Notes under the pieces: generated by a model
The model's database searches: none
What the model was told of the DNA's origin: nothing
The model's input: only the letters and a program-made list of their open reading frames with translations
Shown here: positions 15,678 through 24,337 of the stretch, piece after piece
Position numbering within the stretch: the first letter of the stretch is position 1
Layout of the letters: each line of letters begins with the position of its first letter
Program-made: the position numbers and the translations under genes
Assembly (NCBI GenBank): GCA_017482465.1
Contig: JAFUMW010000063.1
Location: forward strand, 1 to 54,329
Length of the DNA stretch: 54,329 nucleotides
Direction: 5' to 3'
Source: Clostridia bacterium
Lineage (GTDB): Bacteria; Bacillota; Clostridia; Oscillospirales; CAG-272

Positions 15678-16656
15678 ATTCCCACTCGATCGTGCCGATA
15701 GGCTTAGGGGTAAGGTCAAAGAGGACGCGGTTGATACCGTCGACCTCCGCTGTGATGCGGTCGGTTATTTTATGAAGTACATCGTACGGGATCTCCTCGA
15801 TAGTCGCTGACATTGCGTCTGTCGTGTTTACTGCGCGGATGATCGCCGGCCATCCCTCATATCTCTTGCCGTCCTTTACGCCTACACTCTTGAAGTCCGG
15901 TACTGCTATGAAATACTGCCATACCTTTGCCGCAAGTCCGCACTTATCAAATTCATCGCGCAGGATTGCATCCGCCTCACGCAGAGCGTGAAGCCTATCA
16001 CGCGTGATCGCACCGAGGCAACGCACGCCGAGTCCGGGACCCGGGAACGGCTGACGGTATACCATATCATCGGGAAGACCGAGCGCCTTACCTACCACGC
16101 GTACTTCATCCTTATAAAGAAGGCGCACGGGCTCTACAAGCTCAAAATGCATACCCTCGGGAAGTCCGCCGACGTTATGGTGAGCCTTTACTCCGTCGCT
16201 TTCGAGGATATCGGGGTAGATAGTTCCCTGTGCCAAAAATTCGATACCTTCAAGCTTGCATGCCTCTTCATTGAACACTTCGATAAATTCGCCGCCGATT
16301 ATCTTACGCTTCTTTTCAGGCTCATCTACACCTGCAAGCTTATCAAGGAAGCGGTCTGTCGCGTCTACATATATAAGGTTAGCGTCGAGCTGGTTTTGGA
16401 ACACCTCGATGACCTGCTCGCTTTCGCCCTTACGCATAAGTCCATGGTTTACATGAACGCATACGAGCTGTTTACCGATAGCCTTTATAAGCAATGCGGC
16501 AACTACAGACGAGTCAACGCCTCCCGAAAGAGCCAGAAGCACCTTCTTATCGCCTACCTGTTCGCGGATCTCCTTTATCTGTTCATCTATAAACGCATTG
16601 GCAAGCGCTTCGTTATTTATTCTTGCCATGTCATCCGGTCTTTTATTACAAAGCAT
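15676..16656 (-). CDS. guaA: GMP synthase, ATP-pyrophosphatase (synthetase) portion only; no glutamine amidotransferase domain
   Basis: LALSGGVDSSV P-loop, HHNVGGLP, FPGPGLGVR, C-terminal ...KPIGTIEWE. ATG at 16656 is 6 nt after GGAGGGG. The upstream neighbour ends 18 bp away, leaving no room for a GATase domain. Confidence 0.85.
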   Translation of the reverse strand: MLCNKRPDDMARINNEALANAFIDEQIKEIREQVGDKKVLLALSGGVDSSVVAALLIKAIGKQLVCVHVNHGLMRKGESEQVIEVFQNQLDANLIYVDATDRFLDKLAGVDEPEKKRKIIGGEFIEVFNEEACKLEGIEFLAQGTIYPDILESDGVKAHHNVGGLPEGMHFELVEPVRLLYKDEVRVVGKALGLPDDMVYRQPFPGPGLGVRCLGAITRDRLHALREADAILRDEFDKCGLAAKVWQYFIAVPDFKSVGVKDGKRYEGWPAIIRAVNTTDAMSATIEEIPYDVLHKITDRITAEVDGINRVLFDLTPKPIGTIEWE

Positions 16657-16673
16657 ATATGCCCCTCCGTTTG

Positions 16674-17873
16674 TCAGTTGGTATAGTTATCGAAATAACC
16701 CTGTACGAGGACAACGGGTGTACCCTTGTCTCCCGAGCCGCTCGTGAGGTCACAGAGCGAGCCGATAAGGTCGGTAAGCTGGCGGGGTGTTGTACCTTGC
16801 GAAGCCATATTTCCCACAAGGTTTCCGCCCTTTTCACGGATACTGTTCGAGATAGCCTCTTTTAGAGCCTCGCCCGAAAGATCCTTGAAGTCGTTATCGG
16901 CAAGATACTTGAGCTTGAGCTCATTAGGTGTACCTATAAGTCCGTCTGTATGTGCGGGAGATACTACCGGGTCAGCAAGCTCCCAGATCTTACCCTGGGG
17001 ATCCTTGAACGCGCCGTCACCGTAAACCATTACTTCAACATGCTTTCCTGTCTTTTCGAGGATACGTGCCTGAATATCGAGAACGAGATCCTTGCACTCA
17101 CGCGGGAATAGCTTGACCTTATCCTCGGTCGACTTATTAGAACCGAGAAGACCGTATTTTTCATTACAGCCGCTTCCGTTTACCGGAGCGTTCATGATAT
17201 CGTCAAGACCGCATACTACCATTGCGCCGTTAGCTAAAAGTATACGCTTTGTACGTGCGCGGGTATGAATGTCGCAGTTGATGATATGATCGGCGTATTT
17301 GAGTATGGTCTTGGCCTGGTTTGCGAATATTATCTCGACCTCAGCGCCGCATTCGCGGATAAGATCACCGTAATACTCAACATAGTCAACACCTGTGAAT
17401 TCGTGCTTGTTCACGCCGAAATGATGTCTGTATTCCTCGAGCGTGAGAACGTCCGAATAGGGATTGATACCCGCGGCATCGATCTTATCAAGGCTTACAA
17501 GCTCATTACCTACCTCATCCGAAGGATAGCTAAGCATCAGAACGATCTTCTTTGCGCCTTTTGCAATACCGCGCAAGCATATAGCAAAGCGGTTACGCGA
17601 AAGTATCGGGAAGATAACTCCGACAGTTCCTCCCCCAAGCTTTGCCTTAACATCAGCGGCGATATCATCAACAGAAGCATAGTTACCCTGTGCGCGGGCA
17701 ACTATAGACTCTGTGATCGAGATAACATCACGATCACGAAGCGAAAAGCCCTCGAATTCAGCCGCCTCAAGCACACTTTCGGTTACGATCGCGGCAAGAT
17801 CGTCTCCTTCACGGATAATGGGACAACGGATACCTCTCGATACCGTACCCACTCTTCTTTCATATTCCGACAT
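16674..17873 (-). CDS. CofE-like (F420-0:gamma-glutamyl ligase family) protein
   Basis: N-terminus RGIRCPIIREGDDLAAIV and C-terminus GTTPRQLTDLIGSLCDLTSGSGDKGTPVVLVQGYF match CofE-family ends. 399 aa, with a large central insertion relative to ~250-aa CofE. Confidence 0.65.
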   Translation of the reverse strand: MSEYERRVGTVSRGIRCPIIREGDDLAAIVTESVLEAAEFEGFSLRDRDVISITESIVARAQGNYASVDDIAADVKAKLGGGTVGVIFPILSRNRFAICLRGIAKGAKKIVLMLSYPSDEVGNELVSLDKIDAAGINPYSDVLTLEEYRHHFGVNKHEFTGVDYVEYYGDLIRECGAEVEIIFANQAKTILKYADHIINCDIHTRARTKRILLANGAMVVCGLDDIMNAPVNGSGCNEKYGLLGSNKSTEDKVKLFPRECKDLVLDIQARILEKTGKHVEVMVYGDGAFKDPQGKIWELADPVVSPAHTDGLIGTPNELKLKYLADNDFKDLSGEALKEAISNSIREKGGNLVGNMASQGTTPRQLTDLIGSLCDLTSGSGDKGTPVVLVQGYFDNYTN

Positions 17874-17922
17874 AATACCCCTCTTTTATAATTGGATTTT
17901 GTCATAAAATTTAACAACATAT

Positions 17923-17951
17923 ATTATATCACCATTATTCCCATTTTTCAA
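17923..17951 (-). promoter_or_regulatory. promoter of the cofE-like/guaA operon
   Basis: Minus strand reads TTGAAA - 17 nt - TATAAT with TG extension, about 45 nt upstream of the ATG. Confidence 0.5.
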
Positions 17952-18077
17952 TAGAAAATTTTGTTTTTTGACAACATACTGTATATTTTCTGTACATCTG
18001 CACTTTCTAAAAAATTTTTTTGTACTCAAAAATGTGCATTTTAACTGTAAAGACGCAGCACATACACTGTCAGACTC

Positions 18078-18106
18078 TTGCAAAATAGTTTTAATTATGT
18101 TATACT
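18078..18106 (+). promoter_or_regulatory. promoter of the ABC transporter operon
   Basis: TTGCAA - 17 nt - TATACT. Confidence 0.5.
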
Positions 18107-18167
18107 TTCAAAGTAAAAGCATATCACAAAAAAAGGTCAAAGCCTTAAGGCTTTACGGATCGCAGAA

Positions 18168-18920
18168 ATGAAAAAGTCAAAGCTCATAAACAAAATACTT
18201 ATAGGCGTACTGTGGATCATTATATGGCAGGCCGCCGCCATGATAATAGACCAGCGGCTGATCCTCGTTTCTCCTACAGATGTTATAGTCCGGTTGGTAA
18301 GACTTATACCCAACAAAGTGTTTATAACAAGCATCTGTGTGTCGGCGCTGAGAATAGTAACCGGCTTTTCGCTCGGCATGACCGTGGGAACACTTTTAGC
18401 TGTGCTCGCTGCAAGGTTCAATTCGATAAGAGAGTTTCTTGCACCGTTCATGTCAGCAGTAAAGGCTGTACCGGTCGCGTCTTTTACTATACTCGCGCTG
18501 TTTTTGATCCCGTCAAGAGATCTGTCGATACTCGTGACATTTCTTATCGCGTTACCGATCGTTTATTCAAACATTCTCACCGGCATCGACAACACTGACA
18601 GAGGACTGCTCGAAATGGCGAGTCTGTTCGGTATCAGCCCGATACGCAAGACACTATCAATATACTTTTCTCAAGTACTTCCCTATTTCAAGTCAGCTTC
18701 ATCGGTAGCGTCGGGGCTGAGCTGGAAATCGGGTGTTGCCGCCGAGCTTATCGTTATTGCCAAGAGCACTATCGGCGAGCGGCTCTACGAAGCTAAGGTC
18801 GGCTTTGAAATGGCGGATCTTTTCGCATGGACATTCATAGTCATATTGCTGTCGTTTCTTACCGAATTCTTGTATAGCAAGCTGATCGACGGCATCTGGC
18901 ACATTATACAGAAAATATAA
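18168..18920 (+). CDS. ABC transporter permease (NitT/TauT-like family)
   Basis: 250 aa, about six hydrophobic segments. Binding-protein-dependent permease signature region ...ASLFGISPIRKTLSIYFSQVLPY. Confidence 0.75.
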   Translation: MKKSKLINKILIGVLWIIIWQAAAMIIDQRLILVSPTDVIVRLVRLIPNKVFITSICVSALRIVTGFSLGMTVGTLLAVLAARFNSIREFLAPFMSAVKAVPVASFTILALFLIPSRDLSILVTFLIALPIVYSNILTGIDNTDRGLLEMASLFGISPIRKTLSIYFSQVLPYFKSASSVASGLSWKSGVAAELIVIAKSTIGERLYEAKVGFEMADLFAWTFIVILLSFLTEFLYSKLIDGIWHIIQKI

Positions 18921-18931
18921 AGGAAACAACA

Positions 18932-19501
18932 ATGATAATTCTTCGATCAATATGCAAAAGCTTTGACGGACATGATGTGTTGAACAACTTTAACATCTCC
19001 TTTGACGACGGCAGCCGCAGTGCGCTTATGGGACCGTCGGGCTGTGGCAAGACCACGCTTTTCAAAATAATATCGGGTCTTGAAAAACCGGATTCCGGTA
19101 CTCTGTCCGGTACAGAAAGCATGCGCTTTTCAGCCGTATTTCAGGATGACAGACTCTGTGAAAACATGTCTCTTTACGCAAACATGAAATTAGTGTGTCC
19201 AAAAAGCACGAAAAAAAGCGAGATACTTAACGGTATCCAAGAGCTCGGGCTCGGCGGCTTTGAAAACAAGCCTGTTTCAACGCTCAGCGGCGGAATGAAG
19301 CGCCGCGCTTCGGTACTTCGCGCGATGCTTGCTGAGTTTGATACACTGATACTCGACGAGCCGTTCAACGGACTTGACCGTGAATCCAAAGCAGTAACAT
19401 CAAAATATATCCTTGACAGGCTTAACTCACGCACGCTTATAATCATAACCCATAATCCCGAGGATGCCGAACTGCTCGAATGCAAAAAAATCACTCTGTA
19501 A
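18932..19501 (+). CDS. ABC transporter ATP-binding protein (short, 189 aa)
   Basis: Walker A GPSGCGKTT, signature LSGGMKRR, Walker B LILDEP, H-loop ITHN. Confidence 0.85.
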   Translation: MIILRSICKSFDGHDVLNNFNISFDDGSRSALMGPSGCGKTTLFKIISGLEKPDSGTLSGTESMRFSAVFQDDRLCENMSLYANMKLVCPKSTKKSEILNGIQELGLGGFENKPVSTLSGGMKRRASVLRAMLAEFDTLILDEPFNGLDRESKAVTSKYILDRLNSRTLIIITHNPEDAELLECKKITL

Positions 19502-19507
19502 CATAAA

Positions 19508-19550
19508 GATCCGAAAACCGCGCAGACACGCTGTTTTCGGATCTCTTTTA
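19508..19550. terminator. bidirectional intrinsic terminator
   Basis: gatccgaaaac...gttttcggatc 11-bp stem between convergent genes, with T/A runs on both sides. Confidence 0.65.
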
Positions 19551-19563
19551 TAAAATATAGCCT

Positions 19564-19764
19564 TTATCCGATATCATTTTTCCGAGCGATCTCATTGACG
19601 ATGCTCCTCATTTCGCTTTTCGAATGTGCGTGGGCCGCACGCTCATTTATGCTCTGTCTTTCGTCCTCATCCATAAGCGCATACATACGCATCGCATTTG
19701 CGTTCTGAGCAAGACTCATCGCAAAACCCATCGGTATCTCATCGGGCATTCTCTGCTTGTCCAT
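19564..19764 (-). CDS. small hypothetical protein (66 aa)
   Basis: ATG preceded by acggaga. No family recognised. Confidence 0.45.
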   Translation of the reverse strand: MDKQRMPDEIPMGFAMSLAQNANAMRMYALMDEDERQSINERAAHAHSKSEMRSIVNEIARKNDIG

Positions 19765-19856
19765 AACCTATCTCCGTAATAATACTTACACGGCTGTACT
19801 GCCGCATATTTATTATGTCCAAGCATAAAAAAATTATTTCTTTAATTCGAGGAAGA

Positions 19857-20456
19857 TCAGTCAGGCAGAAGCGACATTTCATAATCACTTTTAAGTATCG
19901 CGCAACAGCCTATGTCTCTGTACTCACCCTTTATAAGCATTAAGTCTCTCGCGATCCCCTCAAACTTCATATTGCATTTTTCCATGACACGTCGGCTCGC
20001 TTCGTTTCCTACAATATATTTAGCCTCGATACGGTGCATCTCAAGATCGTTAAACCCGAAATCAAGTACTCGGCTGACCGCTTCGCAGGCAAAGCCGTGT
20101 CCGCGGTACGCCGGATTTATAACATAACCTATCTCGGCACATCCGTTATCAGTGTCGATAGCTGTAAACCCGCAGGTTCCGATCATTTTGCTTTCCGATT
20201 TGAGCACGAGCGCCCAATCGTAAAATGTACCTTCACGGTACTTAGTCTGGATATAGTTTAGATACTGTTGTGTATACTCAAGGCTGTCATGGGGATGCCA
20301 GAGTAAATACTTCGTTACTTCCTCATCCCGTGCATACTCATACATATCGGCGGCATCAGATTTCTTCATCCGTCTGAGTATAAGTCTGTCACACTCGAGC
20401 TGAGGTATCGACGAAAAAATATTATAAAGTCTGTCTTTTTTGGAAAAGAACCTCAT
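19857..20456 (-). CDS. GNAT family N-acetyltransferase (RimJ/RimL-like)
   Basis: ATG at 20456 preceded by GGAGG. LILRRMKKSDA..., IGYVINPAYRGHGFACEAV, HRIEAKYIVGNEASRRVMEKCNMKFEG. The ORF-track start at 20549 runs through a terminator. Confidence 0.8.
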   Translation of the reverse strand: MRFFSKKDRLYNIFSSIPQLECDRLILRRMKKSDAADMYEYARDEEVTKYLLWHPHDSLEYTQQYLNYIQTKYREGTFYDWALVLKSESKMIGTCGFTAIDTDNGCAEIGYVINPAYRGHGFACEAVSRVLDFGFNDLEMHRIEAKYIVGNEASRRVMEKCNMKFEGIARDLMLIKGEYRDIGCCAILKSDYEMSLLPD

Positions 20457-20525
20457 ACTCTGCCTCCGATCGCTTGCTGTATTCACCTTCAGGCATGCAA
20501 AGCGCACACACCGATAAGTATATAA

Positions 20526-20559
20526 TTGAAAAACTCCGATGCAAAGCATCGGAGTTTTT
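20526..20559 (-). terminator. intrinsic terminator downstream of tRNA-Glu
   Basis: aaaaactccgatgc AAA gcatcggagttttt, a perfect 14-bp stem with a T-run on the minus strand. Confidence 0.7.
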
Positions 20560-20560
20560 C

Positions 20561-20635
20561 TGGTGACCCGTGGGAGAATCGAACTCCCGTTTCCGCCTTG
20601 AGAGGGCGGTGTCTTAGCCGCTTGACCAACGGGCC
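20561..20635 (-). tRNA. tRNA-Glu (anticodon CUC)
   Basis: Reverse complement GGCCCGTTGGTCAAGCGGCTAAGACACCGCCCTCTCAAGGCGGAAACGGGAGTTCGATTCTCCCACGGGTCACCA folds as a cloverleaf. Anticodon loop is CT-CTC-AA and CCA is encoded. Confidence 0.9.
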
Positions 20636-20666
20636 TTATTCACGACACTTCTTCATCGCGAAGTTT

Positions 20667-20695
20667 ATTATATCATAAACAAAATAAAATTGCAA
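20667..20695 (-). promoter_or_regulatory. promoter of tRNA-Glu
   Basis: Minus strand reads TTGCAA - 17 nt - TATAAT with TG extension, about 30 nt upstream of the tRNA 5' end. Confidence 0.5.
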
Positions 20696-20739
20696 TACTT
20701 TTTTGAAATTTTTCTTAAATATTATTTTTGACAGCCATA

Positions 20740-20768
20740 TTGAAAAAAGCTCACTCACATGTTATAAT
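20740..20768 (+). promoter_or_regulatory. promoter of the glycerophosphodiester phosphodiesterase gene
   Basis: TTGAAA - 17 nt - TATAAT. Confidence 0.5.
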
Positions 20769-20802
20769 TATGTGAATTAATTCATTGTGGAGGTATATAT
20801 CA

Positions 20803-21528
20803 ATGGATACGGTCAAATTTGACAAGAAAAACGTAAAGATCGTAGCTCACCGAGGACTTAGCGGAATAGAACTCGAGAACACGAATGCCGCATTTGTTGC
20901 CGCAGGAAACCGTTCTTATTTCGGTATCGAAACAGACGTGCACGTTACAGCTGACGGTAAGTATGTGCTTCATCACGACGACAGAACGGGCAGACTTACA
21001 GATGTTGATATCCGCATTGAGGAAATCTCGTTTGACGAGCTTATGAAGCTGAAGCTTCGCCGCAGTACAGATACTCCCGCAATGCTCAGACGCGACTGCG
21101 TAATGCCTGTGCTCGATGACTATATAGAAATATGTAAGAAATACAACAAGACCGGCGTTCTCGAATTAAAAGGAAGGATAACAAAAGAACACATCGGAGG
21201 TATCGTAAAAGTTGCAGACCGATACGGCTATCTTGATAAAATTATCTTCATCTCGTTCGACTGGAACAATCTTATTGATCTAAAAAGCCTTGTTCCGGAG
21301 CAGAAAGCACAGTATCTGACAAGCGAATACTCAAGCGAGCTTGTTTCAAGGCTCAAAGCCAACGGCATTGATCTGGACATACACCACAGTGCGCTCAATG
21401 ATACAAATGTACACGAGCTTCATGCAAACGGCATAGAGGTCAACTGCTGGACCTGCGATAACAGTGAGCGCGGTGAAGAGCTCGCATCATACGGTGTTGA
21501 TTATATCACGTCAAACATTCTCGAATAA
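20803..21528 (+). CDS. glycerophosphodiester phosphodiesterase family protein
   Basis: ATG at 20803 after GGAGG. VAHRGLSGIELENTNAAF...GIETDVHVTADGKYVLHHD is the GDPD signature. Confidence 0.8.
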   Translation: MDTVKFDKKNVKIVAHRGLSGIELENTNAAFVAAGNRSYFGIETDVHVTADGKYVLHHDDRTGRLTDVDIRIEEISFDELMKLKLRRSTDTPAMLRRDCVMPVLDDYIEICKKYNKTGVLELKGRITKEHIGGIVKVADRYGYLDKIIFISFDWNNLIDLKSLVPEQKAQYLTSEYSSELVSRLKANGIDLDIHHSALNDTNVHELHANGIEVNCWTCDNSERGEELASYGVDYITSNILE

Positions 21529-21533
21529 CAGTA

Positions 21534-21566
21534 CAGCCTCGGCTCTCGCCGAGGCTGTTGCTTTTG
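21534..21566. terminator. bidirectional terminator between the glpQ-like gene and purC
   Basis: acagcctcggc TCTC gccgaggctgt, then ttgctttt. Confidence 0.65.
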
Positions 21567-21568
21567 AT

Positions 21569-22252
21569 TTATCTGTTATTGATAAGCTTTGTGAGCTCAA
21601 CGGGATCAACGATCTTGCCGTCCTTGTAAACGCGCATATTACCCGATGCGATCTCGTCGATAAGGATTACCTCGCCGTTGTTGTATCCGAACTCGAACTT
21701 GATATCCCAAAGATCAAGACCGATCGTCTTAAGGTCATCGGCAACGATCTTTGTGATCTTGAGTGTCTGTTCTTTCATGCTTTCAAACATCTCGGGGGTC
21801 ATAACGCCGAGAGCGGCGAGACCCTCGCTTGTTACAAGCGGATCGCCCTTTTCGTCATTCTTGAAGGTACATTCAACGTAGCCGCCCTCAAGAACTGTTC
21901 CGTCCTTTATGTACTCGCCGTATCTGCGGATGAAGCTTCCTGTTGCAACAAGACGGCAGATAACCTCAAGTCCGTGACCGAATACCTTACCGGGAAGAAC
22001 CTCCATGGTAGCCTCTTCAAGATTTGCCGAAACATAGTGTGTTTTGATGCCCGCCGCCTTAAGAAGCTCGAAGTAGTAGATCGAAGTTTGAAGATTTGCC
22101 TTGCCGATACCCTCGATAGTAAGTCCGACACTGTTTTCACCGGGATCGAAAACGCCGTCCTTACCGGTGCAATCGTCCTTGAACTTGAGCATTACGTTGC
22201 CATTGTCAAGGCTGTAAACGTCCTTGGTTTTGCCTTCGTAGATCTTTTTCAT
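21569..22252 (-). CDS. purC: phosphoribosylaminoimidazole-succinocarboxamide (SAICAR) synthase
   Basis: [13 protein letters not shown]..., ...LWDIKFEFG..., length 227 aa. RBS aaaggag. Confidence 0.9.
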   Translation of the reverse strand: MKKIYEGKTKDVYSLDNGNVMLKFKDDCTGKDGVFDPGENSVGLTIEGIGKANLQTSIYYFELLKAAGIKTHYVSANLEEATMEVLPGKVFGHGLEVICRLVATGSFIRRYGEYIKDGTVLEGGYVECTFKNDEKGDPLVTSEGLAALGVMTPEMFESMKEQTLKITKIVADDLKTIGLDLWDIKFEFGYNNGEVILIDEIASGNMRVYKDGKIVDPVELTKLINNR

Positions 22253-22298
22253 AAGAAACTCCTTTATGTAGTTGCTTGATTTTTTACATTACAAGGAT

Positions 22299-22327
22299 AT
22301 TTTACCACATTTTCTGTCATATTGCAA
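22299..22327 (-). promoter_or_regulatory. promoter of purC
   Basis: Minus strand reads TTGCAA - 17 nt - TAAAAT with TG extension. Short leader. Confidence 0.45.
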
Positions 22328-22458
22328 TATTTTTTCGATGTAAATCTGTACAAAATTATTACATGACGAAATACAAATAATTTGACAAAAAAACGGGACA
22401 CGGGTATCCGTCACGCGCAACAAGTTACTTTTTTATAATCAAGCGTCACTTTTTAATA

Positions 22459-22487
22459 TTGACATATCCGCCGACAAAATATATAAT
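22459..22487 (+). promoter_or_regulatory. promoter of the BNR/sialidase-like gene
   Basis: Consensus TTGACA - 17 nt - TATAAT. Confidence 0.55.
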
Positions 22488-22520
22488 TAAATAAAAATGT
22501 GTGTAAAAGGAGCTTTTACC

Positions 22521-24284
22521 ATGAATCTGTTTGTTGATAAAATATACGGACGTCTGACAGACAACGACAAGCGTCAGCTTGCCGATATATACGAGCCGAC
22601 CGTTGTTTCCGAGCCTGATGCCGACGCATGGAAGGGTCTTACCGTAATGCGTGACGGACGCTTACGCTTTTACGGCATATACAACAAAAAGAGCATCTTC
22701 GATCACGGTGACGTTTTGTGCTACAAAGAGTCCTGCGACGGCGGTCTTTCATGGAAAAAGCACATAATCGAGGATAAAAACATTCTCGGCGCATCGGTGT
22801 ATATTCCTTTTATGGACAAGTACATGGGCGCTGTCCACATAAAAGGAGAGGGCATATTTGTAAAGATAGGCAATGACCCCGACGACACCTCTCCCGAGAT
22901 CATAAAGGTCACCGATATTAAATGCAACGAGCCGCTTGCTCCGTTTCCGTTAAGAAGCCGCGAGCGTATTTTGCTCGTATGCACCGAGCAGCGTCCCGAC
23001 CGTCATCCCTCCTGCTATTATCCTGTGCTGTTTATTTCGGACGACCACGGTAAGACCTGGAGTGAGCAACACATGGACGAGTGCCCTTATTTCGAGCATC
23101 AGTGGCCGGATCAGGGAAAAAGATGGCAGCAGAACAACCGCGAAAACCATATCGTCGAGCTTTCCGACGGCACGCTTTACATGGTATCGCGAACCGCGAT
23201 GAACTATCATTATCAAAGCTACTCATACGACAGCGGTGATACTTGGACAGAATTTGAACCCAGCCCATTCCACGGTACGGGCTCAATGCCCTGTCTGACA
23301 AGACTTACCGACGGAAGAATAGTATTTTTGTGGTGCAATACCAAGCTTATGCCCGAGCTTGAGGGCGCAGACGGAATATGGGAGGACGGCTTTACCAACC
23401 GCGACGTAAACCATTGCGCTATAAGCTCGGATGACGGCAAGACCTGGCAGGGATACCGTGAAATGTACTTAAATCCGATCAGACACAGCCCAGATTTCCG
23501 CGCGTACGGAGGTCCTTCCGAGGGAGACAAGAGCGTACACCAATTCGAAGCGATCGAGCTTCCGATGAACAAGTTACTTGTCGTGTTCGGTCAGCATGAG
23601 GCGGTAAGAAAGATCATAATATTTGACCTTGACTGGCTCTATGAGCATTCACGCGAGGAGAGATTTCTCTATGGCTTCAAGAATCTTTCAACGCAGAATT
23701 ACGTAAAGAGCATACCCGGCGGTATCAAAGTGTCGCCCGAATATCCTGCCGCACATTCCGGTCACTGTGCGCTTAACAGAACGAGCCTTGCTTTGCTCGT
23801 GCCCTGCCCCGGCAACAGCTTTGAGGACGGCGCAGATCTCGTAAGCAACTTCAACGAGGCTCTGCACCTCACACGAAGCGACGATCCCAGACTTGTAAGC
23901 CCAATCGCAGGCGCGGTATGGAACTTCCCCGCTCACAAAATGGGTACGGTAACTGTAAGAGCGTATATCCCCGGACAGGGGCTTCGCGTATCATTGCTTG
24001 ATTATTGGATGAATCCGAGCGATCACACGGTCGAATACTTCGCCGACTACAGCATAGCTTTAAGAAACGATATGCAATACGGCGAAATGTTCACCGATTT
24101 CACATTTGACTTTGACTGTGACAGAGGCACGGTGATACTGACCGCGGGTGATAAGCTTCGCCTTGAAAAGAAGCTTGAAAATGAGCATCCGAACGGACTT
24201 TGCTACCTGCATCTGCAGTCCGCGGCAACAGGAAAGGACGACGTCGGTGCATACGTACAGAGCATGAAATTTGATGGAAGATAA
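22521..24284 (+). CDS. BNR/Asp-box repeat beta-propeller protein (sialidase-like glycoside hydrolase), cytoplasmic
   Basis: ATG at 22521 after aaaggag. Four Asp-boxes: SCDGGLSW, SDDHGKTW, SYDSGDTW, SSDDGKTW. No signal peptide. Confidence 0.7.
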   Translation: MNLFVDKIYGRLTDNDKRQLADIYEPTVVSEPDADAWKGLTVMRDGRLRFYGIYNKKSIFDHGDVLCYKESCDGGLSWKKHIIEDKNILGASVYIPFMDKYMGAVHIKGEGIFVKIGNDPDDTSPEIIKVTDIKCNEPLAPFPLRSRERILLVCTEQRPDRHPSCYYPVLFISDDHGKTWSEQHMDECPYFEHQWPDQGKRWQQNNRENHIVELSDGTLYMVSRTAMNYHYQSYSYDSGDTWTEFEPSPFHGTGSMPCLTRLTDGRIVFLWCNTKLMPELEGADGIWEDGFTNRDVNHCAISSDDGKTWQGYREMYLNPIRHSPDFRAYGGPSEGDKSVHQFEAIELPMNKLLVVFGQHEAVRKIIIFDLDWLYEHSREERFLYGFKNLSTQNYVKSIPGGIKVSPEYPAAHSGHCALNRTSLALLVPCPGNSFEDGADLVSNFNEALHLTRSDDPRLVSPIAGAVWNFPAHKMGTVTVRAYIPGQGLRVSLLDYWMNPSDHTVEYFADYSIALRNDMQYGEMFTDFTFDFDCDRGTVILTAGDKLRLEKKLENEHPNGLCYLHLQSAATGKDDVGAYVQSMKFDGR

Positions 24285-24300
24285 TATTCAGAAACAGCGC

Positions 24301-24330
24301 ACCGCCCACGGGGATATTCCCGTGGGCGGT
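24301..24330. terminator. bidirectional terminator
   Basis: accgcccacggg GATATT cccgtgggcggt, a perfect 12-bp stem between convergent genes. Confidence 0.7.
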
Positions 24331-24337
24331 TATCTCT

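Noticed and set aside
15988-17891. 232-aa and 208-aa ORFs antisense to guaA and the cofE-like gene
   Set aside because: They are shadow ORFs opposite well-supported genes.
18107-18167. TPP or other riboswitch upstream of the NitT/TauT-type ABC transporter
   Set aside because: The leader is ~60 nt and lacks the CUGAGA/ACCUGA thi-box elements. Only a short palindrome is present.
21464-22279. 271-aa ORF overlapping glpQ-like and antisense to purC
   Set aside because: It spans a strong bidirectional terminator and lies opposite a clear purC. It has no start context.
22380-22420. Hairpin plus T7 run on the minus strand in the purC / BNR divergent intergenic region as a terminator
   Set aside because: The stem is only ~4-5 bp, and there is no upstream minus-strand gene to terminate. 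It is likely fortuitous.
22253-22458. Purine or ZTP riboswitch upstream of purC
   Set aside because: The predicted leader is only ~45 nt, and I could not find the conserved purine-riboswitch or pfl/ZTP core sequences on the minus strand. A covariance-model scan would be needed to exclude one formally.
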